This document shows, in pieces, positions 14,656 to 26,933 of a DNA stretch of 64,000 bases. Within the stretch, counting starts at the first letter, position 1, and every line of letters begins with the position of its first letter. Below the pieces are notes generated by a model, which ran no database searches, was not told where the DNA came from, and saw only the letters and a program-made list of their open reading frames with translations. The DNA comes from Veleropilina oligotropha. Its lineage: Eukaryota. Where the stretch lies: contig JBEUKZ010000046.1 in NCBI GenBank assembly GCA_048128005.1, positions 62,001 to 126,000 on the forward strand, in the 5' to 3' direction. A program made the translations under genes and the position numbers.

Positions 14656-15733
14656 TAATTTTTATTTATTTTGTATCATAACCATAAATTAAATCTTAAA
14701 TAGCAAGACCAATTAACTCAGTGTGCTTGTGATGTGCACTGCATGCACTATATATGGGCATAATTGAAGAATTCTTAAATTATTTCTACCTTCTGGACAC
14801 AACTATTAAAATACGTACAGAGCAATGACATGTTTTCACGACTTCACAAATACCTCTGCTCTGTGTGTGCGCGCGAGCGCGCATTTGCGTGTGTGTTCAT
14901 GTGTGCTAAGATCTTTGCCAAAGGCCGCACCGCTGGTGTGTTATGACGTCGTTTCAAAATCACTGGTATTCATCGAAATATCTTCGCAGGGATCGAATCC
15001 TCAATTCGAAACTTTGTAGAGTTGACAATCGCAGCGGTCGATAGATGATCGGTGGCGTTCCCGGGTGACCGGACCTTGTTCCCTCCATAATATGAAGAAT
15101 TCTTACTATGGCACTCAAGGATATTAAATGAAATATTAATCATCGATGCCAATGAAACCAACCTTCTCAAGTAAATATCCGATATCTGAACAAATGAGCC
15201 TATGTATACGCATCCAGAGACCTGTATGAAAAAGCGCATAAAAATCATATTCAACGAGTTTGAGCCTGTGGCTACATGAAATGTTTGACGACCAATTAAA
15301 GGGCATGTAGGAGCCATAAGTGTCGCACGGCCATAATAAATGACGCATTACGACAATTATGGTCAATTTAACCAAATTGTGAACGTAAATGTCACAACAA
15401 AAATGTTGAAATAATGTCCAATAATGTCTCACAATATTATTGGCCACGGACATCGATAATTTTTTAATAACCCCTGACACTTTAGCACGTTCTGGGGGCA
15501 ATAATAATTTTGAAAGTCTTGATTCATCTGAACAAGATCAGTATGAGGACAAGATCTAAAAGTGCAGCCAGGACCGCTATTGAATAGATCAGACGGCCTT
15601 TGCCTACGTATACCGATCGTTCGTGGAGTAAACAGTCGCAGTGGCGCATAATGGACAAACAAATATGTCTTATCAGATAGAATCATTAAACCATGTCGCT
15701 CGGGTAGATACATTAAACCTGGGTCGCAAAATA

Positions 15734-15994
15734 AGGGAGGCGGGAATGATGCTTAATGTCCTGTATATTTACAACATCAAGGTTCAAGGCAGGGCATGTC
15801 CGTGTTATCGCGGGAGGAAACCCCGGTCGCCCGGGTAAACCCGCCCTCTTCGGCCAGTCACGGACAACTGTGATGCATAACTTGAACAAATTCAATGCCC
15901 CAGCCAGGTATTGAACCCACTACTGTTCGCATTAGCGGAATCAAGCCAGTGAATATAGAGTGGACACTCTACCCACTGCGCTGCCGAAGCGGCC
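15734..15994 (-). mobile_element. Full-length SINE copy in the left arm of the foldback
   Basis: tRNA-like head with A-box (AGCGCAGTGG) and B-box (GGTTCAATACC), V-like core and tail. Confidence 0.85.
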
Positions 15995-16597
15995 CCTGTA
16001 AAATAAAACAGAACCAAGATAGGATAGAGACGATAAAGCAGGGTATCTATTTCACTGTGTTATCATACCCCAACATCAGGGCGCAGTAACGAAAATCGTT
16101 CGATCGAATAGAAATGATATAGGTCATTACTGAGATATCACCAGGAAATTCTTTAATTGGTAATAATAAAAGTAATAATTAAATTGCCAAACATGCCCAT
16201 ATGACTAATTTTAACGTAATAGTGAAGCAAATGGATTATTGCCGTTGCGACATCAAAATATCGACGTACGAGGTCATAAATGTCGCAATATTAATTTTAG
16301 GGCATTTATTTTCGAAATATGGTGAAATCGACCACAAATGTCGCAATTGCGACATAATTATGCCTCATAGAACGGTATACCTCACATTTGCAAATAATTC
16401 GTTGACACAAAATGTGAGGTTAATTATATTTCTTTATTAAAAAAATACTTCGTGAATCTACCCTGACTCAATTCTCATTTGTCGCCGAATGACGTTGTTC
16501 TTGTCACCAACTCCTTAGCCGCGGTAGGCAGTGTGGTCCTTTTAATATACGATATCATTACTGATCATGTCAATGAACCGATGAACCTACGAGTTGC

Positions 16598-17037
16598 TAT
16601 CTCATACGTATGAGTTAGTATCTCATACGTATGAGTTAGTATCTCATACGTATGAGTTAGTATCTCATACGTATGAGATAGTATCTCATATTTATGAGAT
16701 AGTATCTCATATTTATGAGATAGTATCTCATACGTATGAGATAGTATCTCATATTTATGAGATAGTATCTCATATTTATGAGATAATATCTCATACGCAT
16801 GAGATAGTAACTCATATTTATGAGATAGTATCTCATATTTATGAGATAGTATCTCATACGTATGAGATAGTATCTCATATTTATGAGATAGTATCTCATA
16901 CGTATGAGATAGTATCTCATATTTATGAGATAGTATCTCATATTTATGAGATAGTATCTCATATTTATGAGATAGTATCTCATATTTATGAGATAGTATC
17001 TCATATTTATGAGATAGTATCTCATACGTATGAGATA
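16598..17037. repeat. 21-bp minisatellite forming the central spacer of the foldback
   Basis: Same unit as the arm arrays, bracketed by the inverted sequences GAGTTGC and GCAACTC. Confidence 0.95.
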
Positions 17038-17639
17038 GCAACTCGTAGGTTAACCGGTTCATTGACATGATCAGTAATGATATCGTATATTAAAAGGACC
17101 ACATTGTCTACCGCGGCTAAGGAGTTTGTGACAAAAACAACGTCATTCGGCGACAAAGGAGAATTGAGTCAGGGTAGATTCACGAAGTATTTTTTTAATA
17201 AAGAAATATGATTAACCTCACAGTTTGTGTCAACGAATTATTTGCAAATGTGAGGTATACCGTCCTATGAGCCATAATTATGTCGCAATTGCGACATTTG
17301 TGGTCGATTTCACCATATTTCGAAAATAAATGCCTTAAAATTAATATTGCGACATTTATGACCTCGTACGTCGATATTTTGATGTCGCAACGACAATAAT
17401 CCATTTGCTTCACTATTACGTTAAAATTAGTCATATGGGCATGTTTGGCAATTTAATTATTACTTTTATTACTACCAATTAAAGAATTTCCTGGTGACAT
17501 CTCAGTAATGACCTATATCATTTCTATTCGATCGAACGATTTTCGTTACTGCCCCTGATGTTCGGGTATGATAACACAGTGAAATAGATACCCTGCTTTA
17601 TCGTCTCTATCCGATCCTGGTGCTGTTTTATTTTACAGG

Positions 17640-17899
17640 GGCCGCTTCGGCAACGCAGTGGGTAGAGTGTCCACTCTAAATTCACTGGCTTGATTCCGCT
17701 AATGCGAACAGTAGTGGGTTCAATACCTGGCTGGGGCATTGAATTTGTTCAAGTTATGCATCACAGTTGTCCGTGACTGGCCGAAGAGGGCGGGTTTACC
17801 CGGGCGACCGGGGTTTCCTCCCGCGATAACACGGACATGCCCTGCCTTGAACCTTGATGTTGTAAATATACAGGACATTAATATCATTCCCCCCTCCCT
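17640..17899 (+). mobile_element. Full-length SINE copy in the right arm (mirror of 15734-15994)
   Basis: Same insertion site and near-identical sequence in the mirrored arm. Confidence 0.85.
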
Positions 17900-18949
17900 T
17901 ATTTTGCGACCCAGGTTTAATGTATCTACCCGAGCGACATGGTTTAATGATTCTATCTGATAAGACATATTTGTTTGTCCATTATGCGCCACTGCCACTG
18001 CGACTGTTTATTCCACGAACGATCGGTATACGTAGACAAAAGCCGTCTGATCTATTCAATAGCGGTCCTGGCTGCACTTTTAGATCATGTCCTCATACTG
18101 ATCTTGTTCAGATGAATCAAGACTTTCAAGATTATTTTTACCCCCAGAACGTGCCAAAGTGTCAGGGTTATTAAAATATTATCGATGTCCGTGGCCAATA
18201 ATATTGTGAGACATTATTGGACATTATTTCAACATTTTTGTTGTGACATTTACGTTCACAATTTGGTTAAATTGACCATAATTGTCGCAATGCGTCATTT
18301 ATTATGGCCGTGCGACACTTATTGCTCCTACATGCCCTTTAATTGGTCGCCAAACCTCATTTCATGTAGCCACCGGCTCAAACTCGTTTTTTCAAATATC
18401 GGATATTTACTTGAGAAGGTTGGTTTCATTGGCATCGATGATTAATATTCCATTTAATATCCTTGAGTGCCATAGTAAGACTTCTTCATATTATGGAGGG
18501 AACAAGGTCCGGTCACCCGGGAACGCCACCGATCATCTATCGACCGCTGCGAGTGTCAACTCTACAAAGTTTCGAATCGAGGATTCGATCCCACTCCTGC
18601 GAAGATATTTCGATGAATACCAGTGAATTTGAAACGAGGTCATAACACACTAGCGGTGCCGCCTTTGGCAAAGATCTTAGCACACATGAACACACACGCA
18701 AATGCGCGCTCGCGCGCACACACAGAGCAGAGGTATTTGTGAAGTCGTGAAAACATGTCATTGCTCTGTATGTGAATCAAGAATATATCGTATTTTAATA
18801 GTTGTGTCCAGAAGGTAGAAAATAATTTAAGAATTCTTCAATTATGCCCATATATAGTGCATGCGGTGCACATCACAAGCACACTGAGTTAATTGGTCTT
18901 GCTATTTAAGATTTAATTTATGGTTATGATACAAAATAAATAAAAATTA

Positions 18950-19202
18950 TTATCTCATACGAATGAGTTAGTATCTCATATTTACGAGATAGTATCTCAT
19001 ATTTATGAGATAGTATCTCATACGTATGAGATAGTATCTCATATTTATGAGATAGTATCTCATATTTATGAGATAGTATCTCATATTTATGAGATAGTAT
19101 CTCATACGTATGAGATAGTATCTCATATTTATGAGATAGTATCTCATATTTATGAGATAGTATCTCATACGTATGAGTTAGTATCTCATACGTATGAGAT
19201 AA
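18950..19202. repeat. 21-bp minisatellite, right-arm array
   Basis: Mirror of 14318-14655 with fewer units. Confidence 0.95.
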
Positions 19203-19469
19203 GTTTTTTTTTTCTCTGGCGGTTCCACGCTTCCATAGCAAATAACAAACACCTACCAATCTTCTGAATCTCCATATGTAGGTAAAAAGGTACGGAAGCC
19301 CGGTGATAACCACATTGCCAGTTTTAATATGCATAGAGTTTTTGTTGTTTTTCTTTATTATTACAGGTTTAATTGATCAATGAGCAATTATATCGGGAAC
19401 ATCATATATTTTTCAACGGATTTCGCTTAATCACATGTTAATACCATAGATATTTTAGGTATATATGGA

Positions 19470-21568
19470 TGGTAAGACTGTGGGGATTCTCGCCAGAAAG
19501 AGGTCAGTGGGTCATGGCGCACTGGTTGGCGGGGGTCCTTTGTGACACAACAGTAGGCCTACTCTGGCTTGGGGAAGTGCGCTGTTCGCTTTTGTCGCAC
19601 CAATGAGCTGGAACTACAGGTGGTGGGAATGGCTCTCAGGCAGGAGGCGCACCATTTATCACCACAGTCCCCGAGTTGGGGGGGGGGGGGTAGACGTACG
19701 TCTTGGCATCGTTGAGCATCTCCAATAAGGTCATTTTAATGTAGTTGCTGTCAGTGGTCACTCGGACAGCCTCCTCGGGGGCGAAACGCGGGAGCATGCA
19801 GAGGAGGTTGATGTTGGCATGATGTTGATGTTGGCATCATGGAATCCCTCAGGTTGATGTACTGGGGCTGTGAGCCATCATAGTACGTGAGGATGACCCC
19901 ACATGGCACATTTGATGTGCGCCAATAAGGGTACCGCTTTGGCGGGTGTCTCTTACAATGAGGTCGAGCTCTCCATGCTCGGTCACCAGCCTACGAATCA
20001 GTATTTTCTTGTCGGCTTTGCTGCTCTGAGTAAACTTTCCGATGATACATCAGCCATGGTCACAGTTATCAAGAAACCAGACCTCATTTTGCATTTTGAA
20101 CGTGATGATGACTTCTCGGATCTTGAGGCTTTTTAATAGTCCATATTCTGTGAGAAAAGCGAGCAGGGGCGTCGGTTCCCAGCCATTCTCTGCAAAGTGC
20201 TTTCCAAACCAGCAGGGGGAGGTTGGGTGGACTCCAGGTGCAAACTCCCATTCCTGGACCTCAGCAAAGCCAGTACCATAATGCTAGCTGCATGGTTCAC
20301 CATAAGACCTGATCAGCAAGGGACTCATCCCCCTAAAGCTCCACAGGCTTCCTGCAGAACCTTGTGAGCATCTTGTAAATGTGGCCGTCTTAATTGCAGC
20401 ACGTTAAGCTGTTTGTCTTCACAACCAAGAAGCCAGACAGCTATTGGCTAATCCTGAGTTGCTTGTCCGATTGCATCCGTAGACCTGGTGGGAATGCGGG
20501 AAATGAAGGTCCTTGGGTCAGGTGTGGCCGTTGTGGCAGATGAGTTCTATTTTTCTGAACGTATTGTTTGTTTGTCTCCTGTATTTTCCAGAGTTGTAGA
20601 TGTCTTCACCGGTGATGTCTCACTAGATAATGGGCGCTTCATTATTTTTTAAAGTTCAGCCACGTTCTCAACTATAGCTCCTGTTTCATGGACTCTCTTC
20701 TCCCACTTCTGTATTTTCTTCCGTCTTGTGGGTGTGACTCCGTTTCGTCTCAAGGATCTCTTGAAATGCTCAACAACTCTCTGGACAGCGCAGTTGAGAT
20801 CAACGTTCTTCATCCGGGTCAGGTTGGTAGGGTCTGGGTCTTAAGACTGCCGTGACCGCGTGTCATTCTGGCAGTAGACTTAGTCGACCCCAGTTATAGC
20901 ATCTGGTGCGCTAGCTCGAGTTATTCAACGACACCCTGGCCCTTCTCGCAGTCTTCACAGGGTCAAACTTTTCCTCGATCACCTAGTCGTCTACATCGGC
21001 CTCTCGAAGGTACTTCACTTTGATGATGTACTTACCCTTAGCATTTGTAGAAGTCCTGTTGCTCTATCAGAAGTCATACAGTCCATTGCAATGCGGCCTG
21101 CTTTGGCCTGAATACTATCAGCAATCTTCACATCGCCGATACCAAACTGGTGTTCTTTCTCAATCCTCCATGTGGAGAAGGTCGCACTGACGCCATCGAC
21201 ATCGAACTCGTCTTTGACGTCGTTCAGGATCTCGATCCACGGTTCGTCCGGTGGCTGATCCAGGTCCAGGTTGATAAATTGTTGTCTCTCTGGGGTGGTA
21301 AACAGCTATAGAATATCCTTTTGATAGTCCTGGGCTGTCCGGGGCATTTTGGAGATAAATTTTGTCAAATTCCTCAACAATGGCCTTCCGTTTTCTCTCC
21401 CTGCGTTCGGGTGGAGGGGAAGGCCGGTCGAAGCAGAGGCTTCAGCAAGCGTTTCTTCACATCTTCCGGGACAGGTTCATGTAGAATGTTCTGAACTACT
21501 CCCCAGACAGCCGCAGGTGCTTGCATTTCTGCGTGCATTTGATATATGTAGTCGTCGAGCATTACCAT
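19470..21568 (-). pseudogene. Decayed intronless ORF with family-B (protein-primed-type) DNA polymerase-like motifs; Polinton/virus-like relic
   Basis: GC-rich island. Joined minus-strand frames read MVMLDDY...LNCAVQRVVEHF...IELICHNGHT*PKDLHFP...AVWLLG...FAEVQEWEF...WFGKHF...CIIGKFTQ (motif-B-like GKF)...YYDGSQPQYINLRDSM..NINLLCML..EEAVRVTTDSNYI (motif-C-like TDS). Multiple stops and frameshifts. Motif A was not found (possible deletion near 20280). Confidence 0.6.
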
Positions 21569-22130
21569 GCTGAATGAGTAGACTCTGTGATAAAATATCT
21601 CTAATAGGAAATGTATGCGGGGTCTATTGCAACCATGCGGATAAACTCTCTCGAAGGCTTTTTTCGTTCGTTGTCAGTCCTTAATCTTCCCATTCTGATG
21701 CCCACAGCCCTGACACAGCGAGTCTGACGTACATAATTATAGACATATACTAACTGGGTTGTAGTAGCTAAAAACGGCATACCCAATGGAGTTTTGTCCG
21801 TGTTGGTAATTATTTGCACCCTCTCTCTCTTCACCCCCTCCCCCCAACTTAATTCTTCATTTTCATCGCTATATTGATAATTCAAATAGACAAATGACAC
21901 ATCAATGTTATTATGCCATTATATAAAATCTTATTCACTTGCCGTCTATCGCATTTTGTGGACCTTGAAAATGTTGTCAGTATTTTCGTAAATATTTTTA
22001 TATTTTGGACCAAAATACGTACATTTTTAATCGAATAAAAACAAAATTTTGCAAATTCCGATTGTGTCCGATTTTTTATGTCTTGACCTTTTTGTAAAAA
22101 AGGACAAGACATTATCAAATGGTCCGTGTG

Positions 22131-22283
<153 letters not shown>

Positions 22284-22811
22284 CCGTCGATTTATTTGAA
22301 AACTACCCGCTCAATTTTCACCAAAATTGGTACACACATTCCCAAGAGTATTTGTAGGTCGTGTATATAACTTTCGCGACACAATTTTGCAAAAATATGC
22401 ATTTATTGAGCATTTTAATCATTATTCGTATGTAACTGATGTCTAATATTGCAAGCAAATAGCAATGACGTCATTATGACGTCGCCTTAGATTAATCGTC
22501 ATTTGGGTGACGTCATAATCGACGGGGTAGTAAATTAAGCCATGAAGTACTTGCACTTAGCCATTGTATTAACTGTTATGAAAATTTGAGGGAAATAAAG
22601 AATGGTCAAGACATATTTCGAACGCGTCGTTCTTGTTGTATGTTAACATAATGCTATTCCATATCGTTTTGACATAAAATATAAATTATGTTGCTATTTG
22701 TTTGAAGTTCGGTCATTTTTGAGCGTAAATTGACTGGACTATAGGCCTATATATACTTTATTTTCGCGCAGATACAATGGAATAAGCGTACTTCCATACG
22801 TTTAATTATCA

Positions 22812-23040
22812 ACAAGGGGAATAACTATGTCAATAATCACCGCACAACATTAAAATTAGCAATGGCGCCAGTCTATTAACTGCTGAATACACCCACCAAA
22901 TTTCGTAACGATATGTTGCGCGGTTTATGAGATACGCTCCGAAGAAGATAATTTGCACGGGAGGACGAATACGCGTACGCACGGACGATTTGCATTTTAA
23001 TACATGTATTCCCCGCAAAAGTTTTTTGGCAGAGAAAAAT
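22812..23040 (+). mobile_element. Short HINE-like repeat (family of 12960-13165)
   Basis: Shared core, terminal CCCCGCAAAA-TTTTTTGGCAG hairpin and A-rich end. Confidence 0.65.
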
Positions 23041-24022
23041 TATCTTTCATTATTTCTGAATGAAAGAAAGCTAGTGTCTCAGATATTGTTTTCTTGCATT
23101 AAATTTTGGCATATTGTTAACCAAGTGAAATTATGTAAAATTTGGGTGTGCGTTTCTTTTTTGGTTGAGCATAATATCACTTCATCATTTTCAACTTGCA
23201 AATACAATATACCCTTAAAGTACATTATGTGCTCGTGGGAATTTGCGGCCATCGTGTGTGACATTCGTATAGTGCCATGCAGTAGTCGTTTGGGGTCATC
23301 GTAGTTGGATGCAATATATCGCGCATAAATGGTCTAAGAACAATTTATATATAATATGTCAAGCAAAGGTCATGTCAAATGTTGCAAAAAATGATAAATG
23401 GTTAGATACTGGAGTCCCATTAGAGAAAAAATGATTGGTGCAGCGAATGACAAATATACTTTAATATAAAATTTCATTACTTTTGCCGATCCGCGATATC
23501 AAAATATATCATCTTATTTGAACAACAAAAAATAAGAAATGGAAATGTATAGCTTTGAAACCTTGAGATAATGATACTTATTTCAAGTTGTGATGCAAAT
23601 TCTATTGTAATGTTGTGAAAAATACAACTGTTTGAACTTTAACGTTTTTATACATCGAAATAAGCCAATAATAGAGAAAACATAAAAAAATAGTTTTACA
23701 TTAAACATTTTTCATGAAAATTCACCCACCTGTTGGTACCGGTTGTTAAAAACTCTGGTTAAGCTACCCCAACATTTTAACCTGTGGTTTAGTTTGTTGT
23801 TCAAAAAGTCAATTTTTAACTATATATATATATATATGCAATAAATGAGTTATATCCTTAACTACTAATGGTTACAAAGCCTGATAACATTGACCGACGT
23901 ACATAACAATATTACAACCTGTGTCATTGTTTAGTTTGTGTTTCTAAACGATTTTAACCTGTGGTTATGTTAACACAATGTCAAATTACAATATTTAGGT
24001 GACGTACAACGTAAACGAAGAC

Positions 24023-26109
24023 ATAGAGGATCTCATATGAGTGGTAATGTAATATCACATATATGAAAATTAGTTAAACGAGTTTCATAAATGTGATATT
24101 ACATTATCAAGAGTGTGAGGATATATTTATCACATATTGCTCTTTGGTAGGAAACAAACTACAAACTCACGAAATTGCCTTACCGGTCGAAGAATCAGCA
24201 GTAGATTGACGGCGACATTACGGCGTAGTGATATGTAAACAGTTTAATGCAAAAGGCATCGTGTTTACTCATTACATAAATTAGAAACAATGCTGTCTAA
24301 AAAGAGTGAGAAAGTTTTTCATTAATAAAGTTAACTAACAAATATTCTTTGAAAATGAACCGATGTAACTTTATATAAACTATATGAACGTATTAGAATA
24401 ACAATTTTCATTAAGATTTAAAGCTATCTGCCAAAAACAGTAACGCGGGATATTATGTGTCGCCGACCGGTTTGAATCTGTGATTTGACGTCTGCTATCG
24501 CGGAGCCACGTACCTGCATAAATGTGATTGTTGCGTCTGCAATCTCGTTACCTCGAAATCAGTTCCAATAATCTCTACCATGTTGCTGTTTTATGGCCTT
24601 TGTTATAAATGTTTACACTATCGCCGCCATATTAATGTCAACATTAAAAATATTGGCGGCAATCACGTTATGACATTATAGTAAATAATAGGTAGAAAAA
24701 GTGTGCTCGACCTCTAGTGACACGCATTTGGCTATTCTAATTTCATTCATTAAATCATCAAATCGCATTTAGATATGGCTGTTGACACACGTGTAATACG
24801 ACGAATAATACACGGTGTTGCACTATGGGAAAATGACCAAGATATGTGATAAATCGTTATATGACATATATCCAATAAAATGGCCACCATCGTATTATGC
24901 AAAAATGTATCAAGCGTCGAGAATAGGCCTATATAAATTACTCCGGTCTAAGACTTCAATGTTTATCTCTTTTATAGTAATAGTAAGAAATACATTAATA
25001 ATATTTCATTTGAATCGATTAGTTGTATGGCCATACTTTTCAGTGTTTTGTAATAAGAGCCCCAGTGCGGAGTCAATATATTATGGCCAATATTTGAAAG
25101 AATAATGAACATTTTTTTTAAAAGCATGAATGCCAGTATGTATATATCCTGCTAATTTTTTGGGAAAGAATCGTGCACTGTTTGGTAAAAAAATATTGGC
25201 AGTATGTTAGTGTATTATATCCTGCTCAAATTTGGATATAGTGTCTGAGTGTCAATTATATATTGGCTAGTGTCCAGTACAATGACGTCATGAAAATGGC
25301 GGCCAGTTCCAATGCTAACCAAAAAATGTCTAAAAATTATGTCATAATACAACCGATTTGCATAAAAAAATATGTACTTATGCTGCATGTGAAGTTCATA
25401 AATGGACACACGATAAGCGGAATGGGATACCGGCCTCTCGTGTTCATAGTGTAGAATATGAGATAGGTCTTATGTATACAATGTATAATTTTACCACACG
25501 CCAGTGATGGTCAATGTAGCGGGTATATCGATTACGATTGGAATTACATATATACATTTATCACATGACAAAGCTGTTATGCAACGGCTAAACCCATTTC
25601 ATATTTTCAATATGGATCACACGTTATATAACTACGCAAATGAGGGGAGAATGGTGCCATACGGAGTCGCATCTACCGCATCACCCTAATTAACATATTG
25701 AATATTTCATACGCGTTGACTTGTCCTCTGCTGACAAAACAAAGACATCTGAGCTAGTAACAAATTACCGGACTATTTTTATTGGCGTACGTGTGTATTT
25801 AGGCAGGGCACGTGCTGTCGAGGCGTGATGCGTCTGAGGCAGGCCATTTTATGACTGAAAATAGTGACAGAAAACAATTTAAAAACGTAAAGAAATCAGT
25901 TTAAAAACGTAAAAAAATAAGTTTAAAGGTAAATAAAGGCATGTGATAAAGATCTCAAACTCGTTTCCAATAATTTTTATTCATATGCGAATAATTATTA
26001 TGAAACTCGTCAGCAAATTTATTTACCTCGCCAAAGCTCGGTACATAATTTGTGCCCGACTCGTTTCATAATTCTCATGTGAAATGGACACTCGTTTGAG
26101 ATCCTCTAT
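24023..26109. mobile_element. Non-autonomous DNA element with ATAGAGGATCTCA TIRs (Crypton-like)
   Basis: ATAGAGGATCTCATATGAGTG versus CACTCGTTTGAGATCCTCTAT (21 bp, 2 mismatches), plus subterminal ACTCG/CGAGT motifs. The family label is inference. Confidence 0.65.
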
Positions 26110-26796
26110 ATATGTATTGCAAACACATATTTACACTATATAAATATTTCAGTTTCTATAATCTCCATTACTTTCATTTATAGAAACAAAGATTAAAATA
26201 AAATAAAAATGAACACAATTTACAGTTATATTATTTATTTTTAACTCAGAAAGGTTGACGTGCTGGTTGTGATAATCGCCTCCATCTCTTGGAATGTGAA
26301 AAGCTTTCGGATGTTGTCATGCTGCTTTAATTTGGTGGCACTTCATTCAAATGGCCAATTATCCTGCACCAATGTGCTAGGAACCTTTCCTAATGACTGT
26401 TTTCTCCGCGATTTACGATCCGCTTCCACGCCCACCACAAATGCGTTACAAATTGCCATGTTATAAATGTTGACAAATAAAGGTGGTTAAAATGACGAAT
26501 GATCTGGCGATAACGAAAACGGCGATAATGAAGTTCTGTTTGTGGGGCGAATAATGAGATGATGAATCGATATAATCTAGAAAAATTAATGGACTCAACC
26601 CACTTAATTGAATTCCATTGTTGAATATTTTTCAGAGTAGGAGGTTTTAAATATATTATTTATTGTCCACATTGAAGAAGTGTGTTAAATGACAAATAAT
26701 AATCACTTTGTCGGACGTCATTCTGTTCATAAAGATTGACAACCGGCGTCCAGATGCTTTAATGAATTTCTATTATTGGCGCACGCAACATACATT

Positions 26797-26933
26797 GCGT
26801 TTGTTGAGCCGCATACAATGCGTTTGTTGAGCCGCATACAATGCGTTTGTTGAGCCGCATACATTGCGTTTGTTGAGCCGCATACAATGCGTTTGTTGAG
26901 CCGCATACATTGCGTTTGTTGAGCCGCATACAA
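26797..26933. repeat. 23-bp tandem repeat, 6 copies (TGCGTTTGTTGAGCCGCATACAW)
   Basis: Seen directly. Confidence 0.95.

Larger units (their letters stand above)
14284..19237. mobile_element. 4954-bp fully palindromic (foldback) non-autonomous DNA transposon, IS3EU-like termini
   Basis: Starts TATGGAAGCGTGGAACCGCCAGAG and ends CTCTGGCGGTTCCACGCTTCCATA. 6-bp TSD GCAAAT at 14278-14283 and 19238-19243. The ~2.2-2.3 kb arms are reverse complements with scattered differences. TAY..RTA ends with a 6-bp TSD are the IS3EU signature. Confidence 0.88.

Noticed and set aside
16565..17070. Repetitive ORFs (YEILSHK, MRYYLIN) on both strands
   Set aside because: Translations of the 21-bp palindromic minisatellite, not genes.
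14284..19237. Assembly or read-chimera artefact as the cause of the giant palindrome
   Set aside because: The arms differ by indels and substitutions, and the unit has defined ends with a 6-bp TSD.
19470..21568. Penelope reverse transcriptase interpretation (DVDD at ~20985-20997)
   Set aside because: The surrounding RT and GIY-YIG motifs do not line up in frame. The GKF and TDS order fits a PolB-like protein better.
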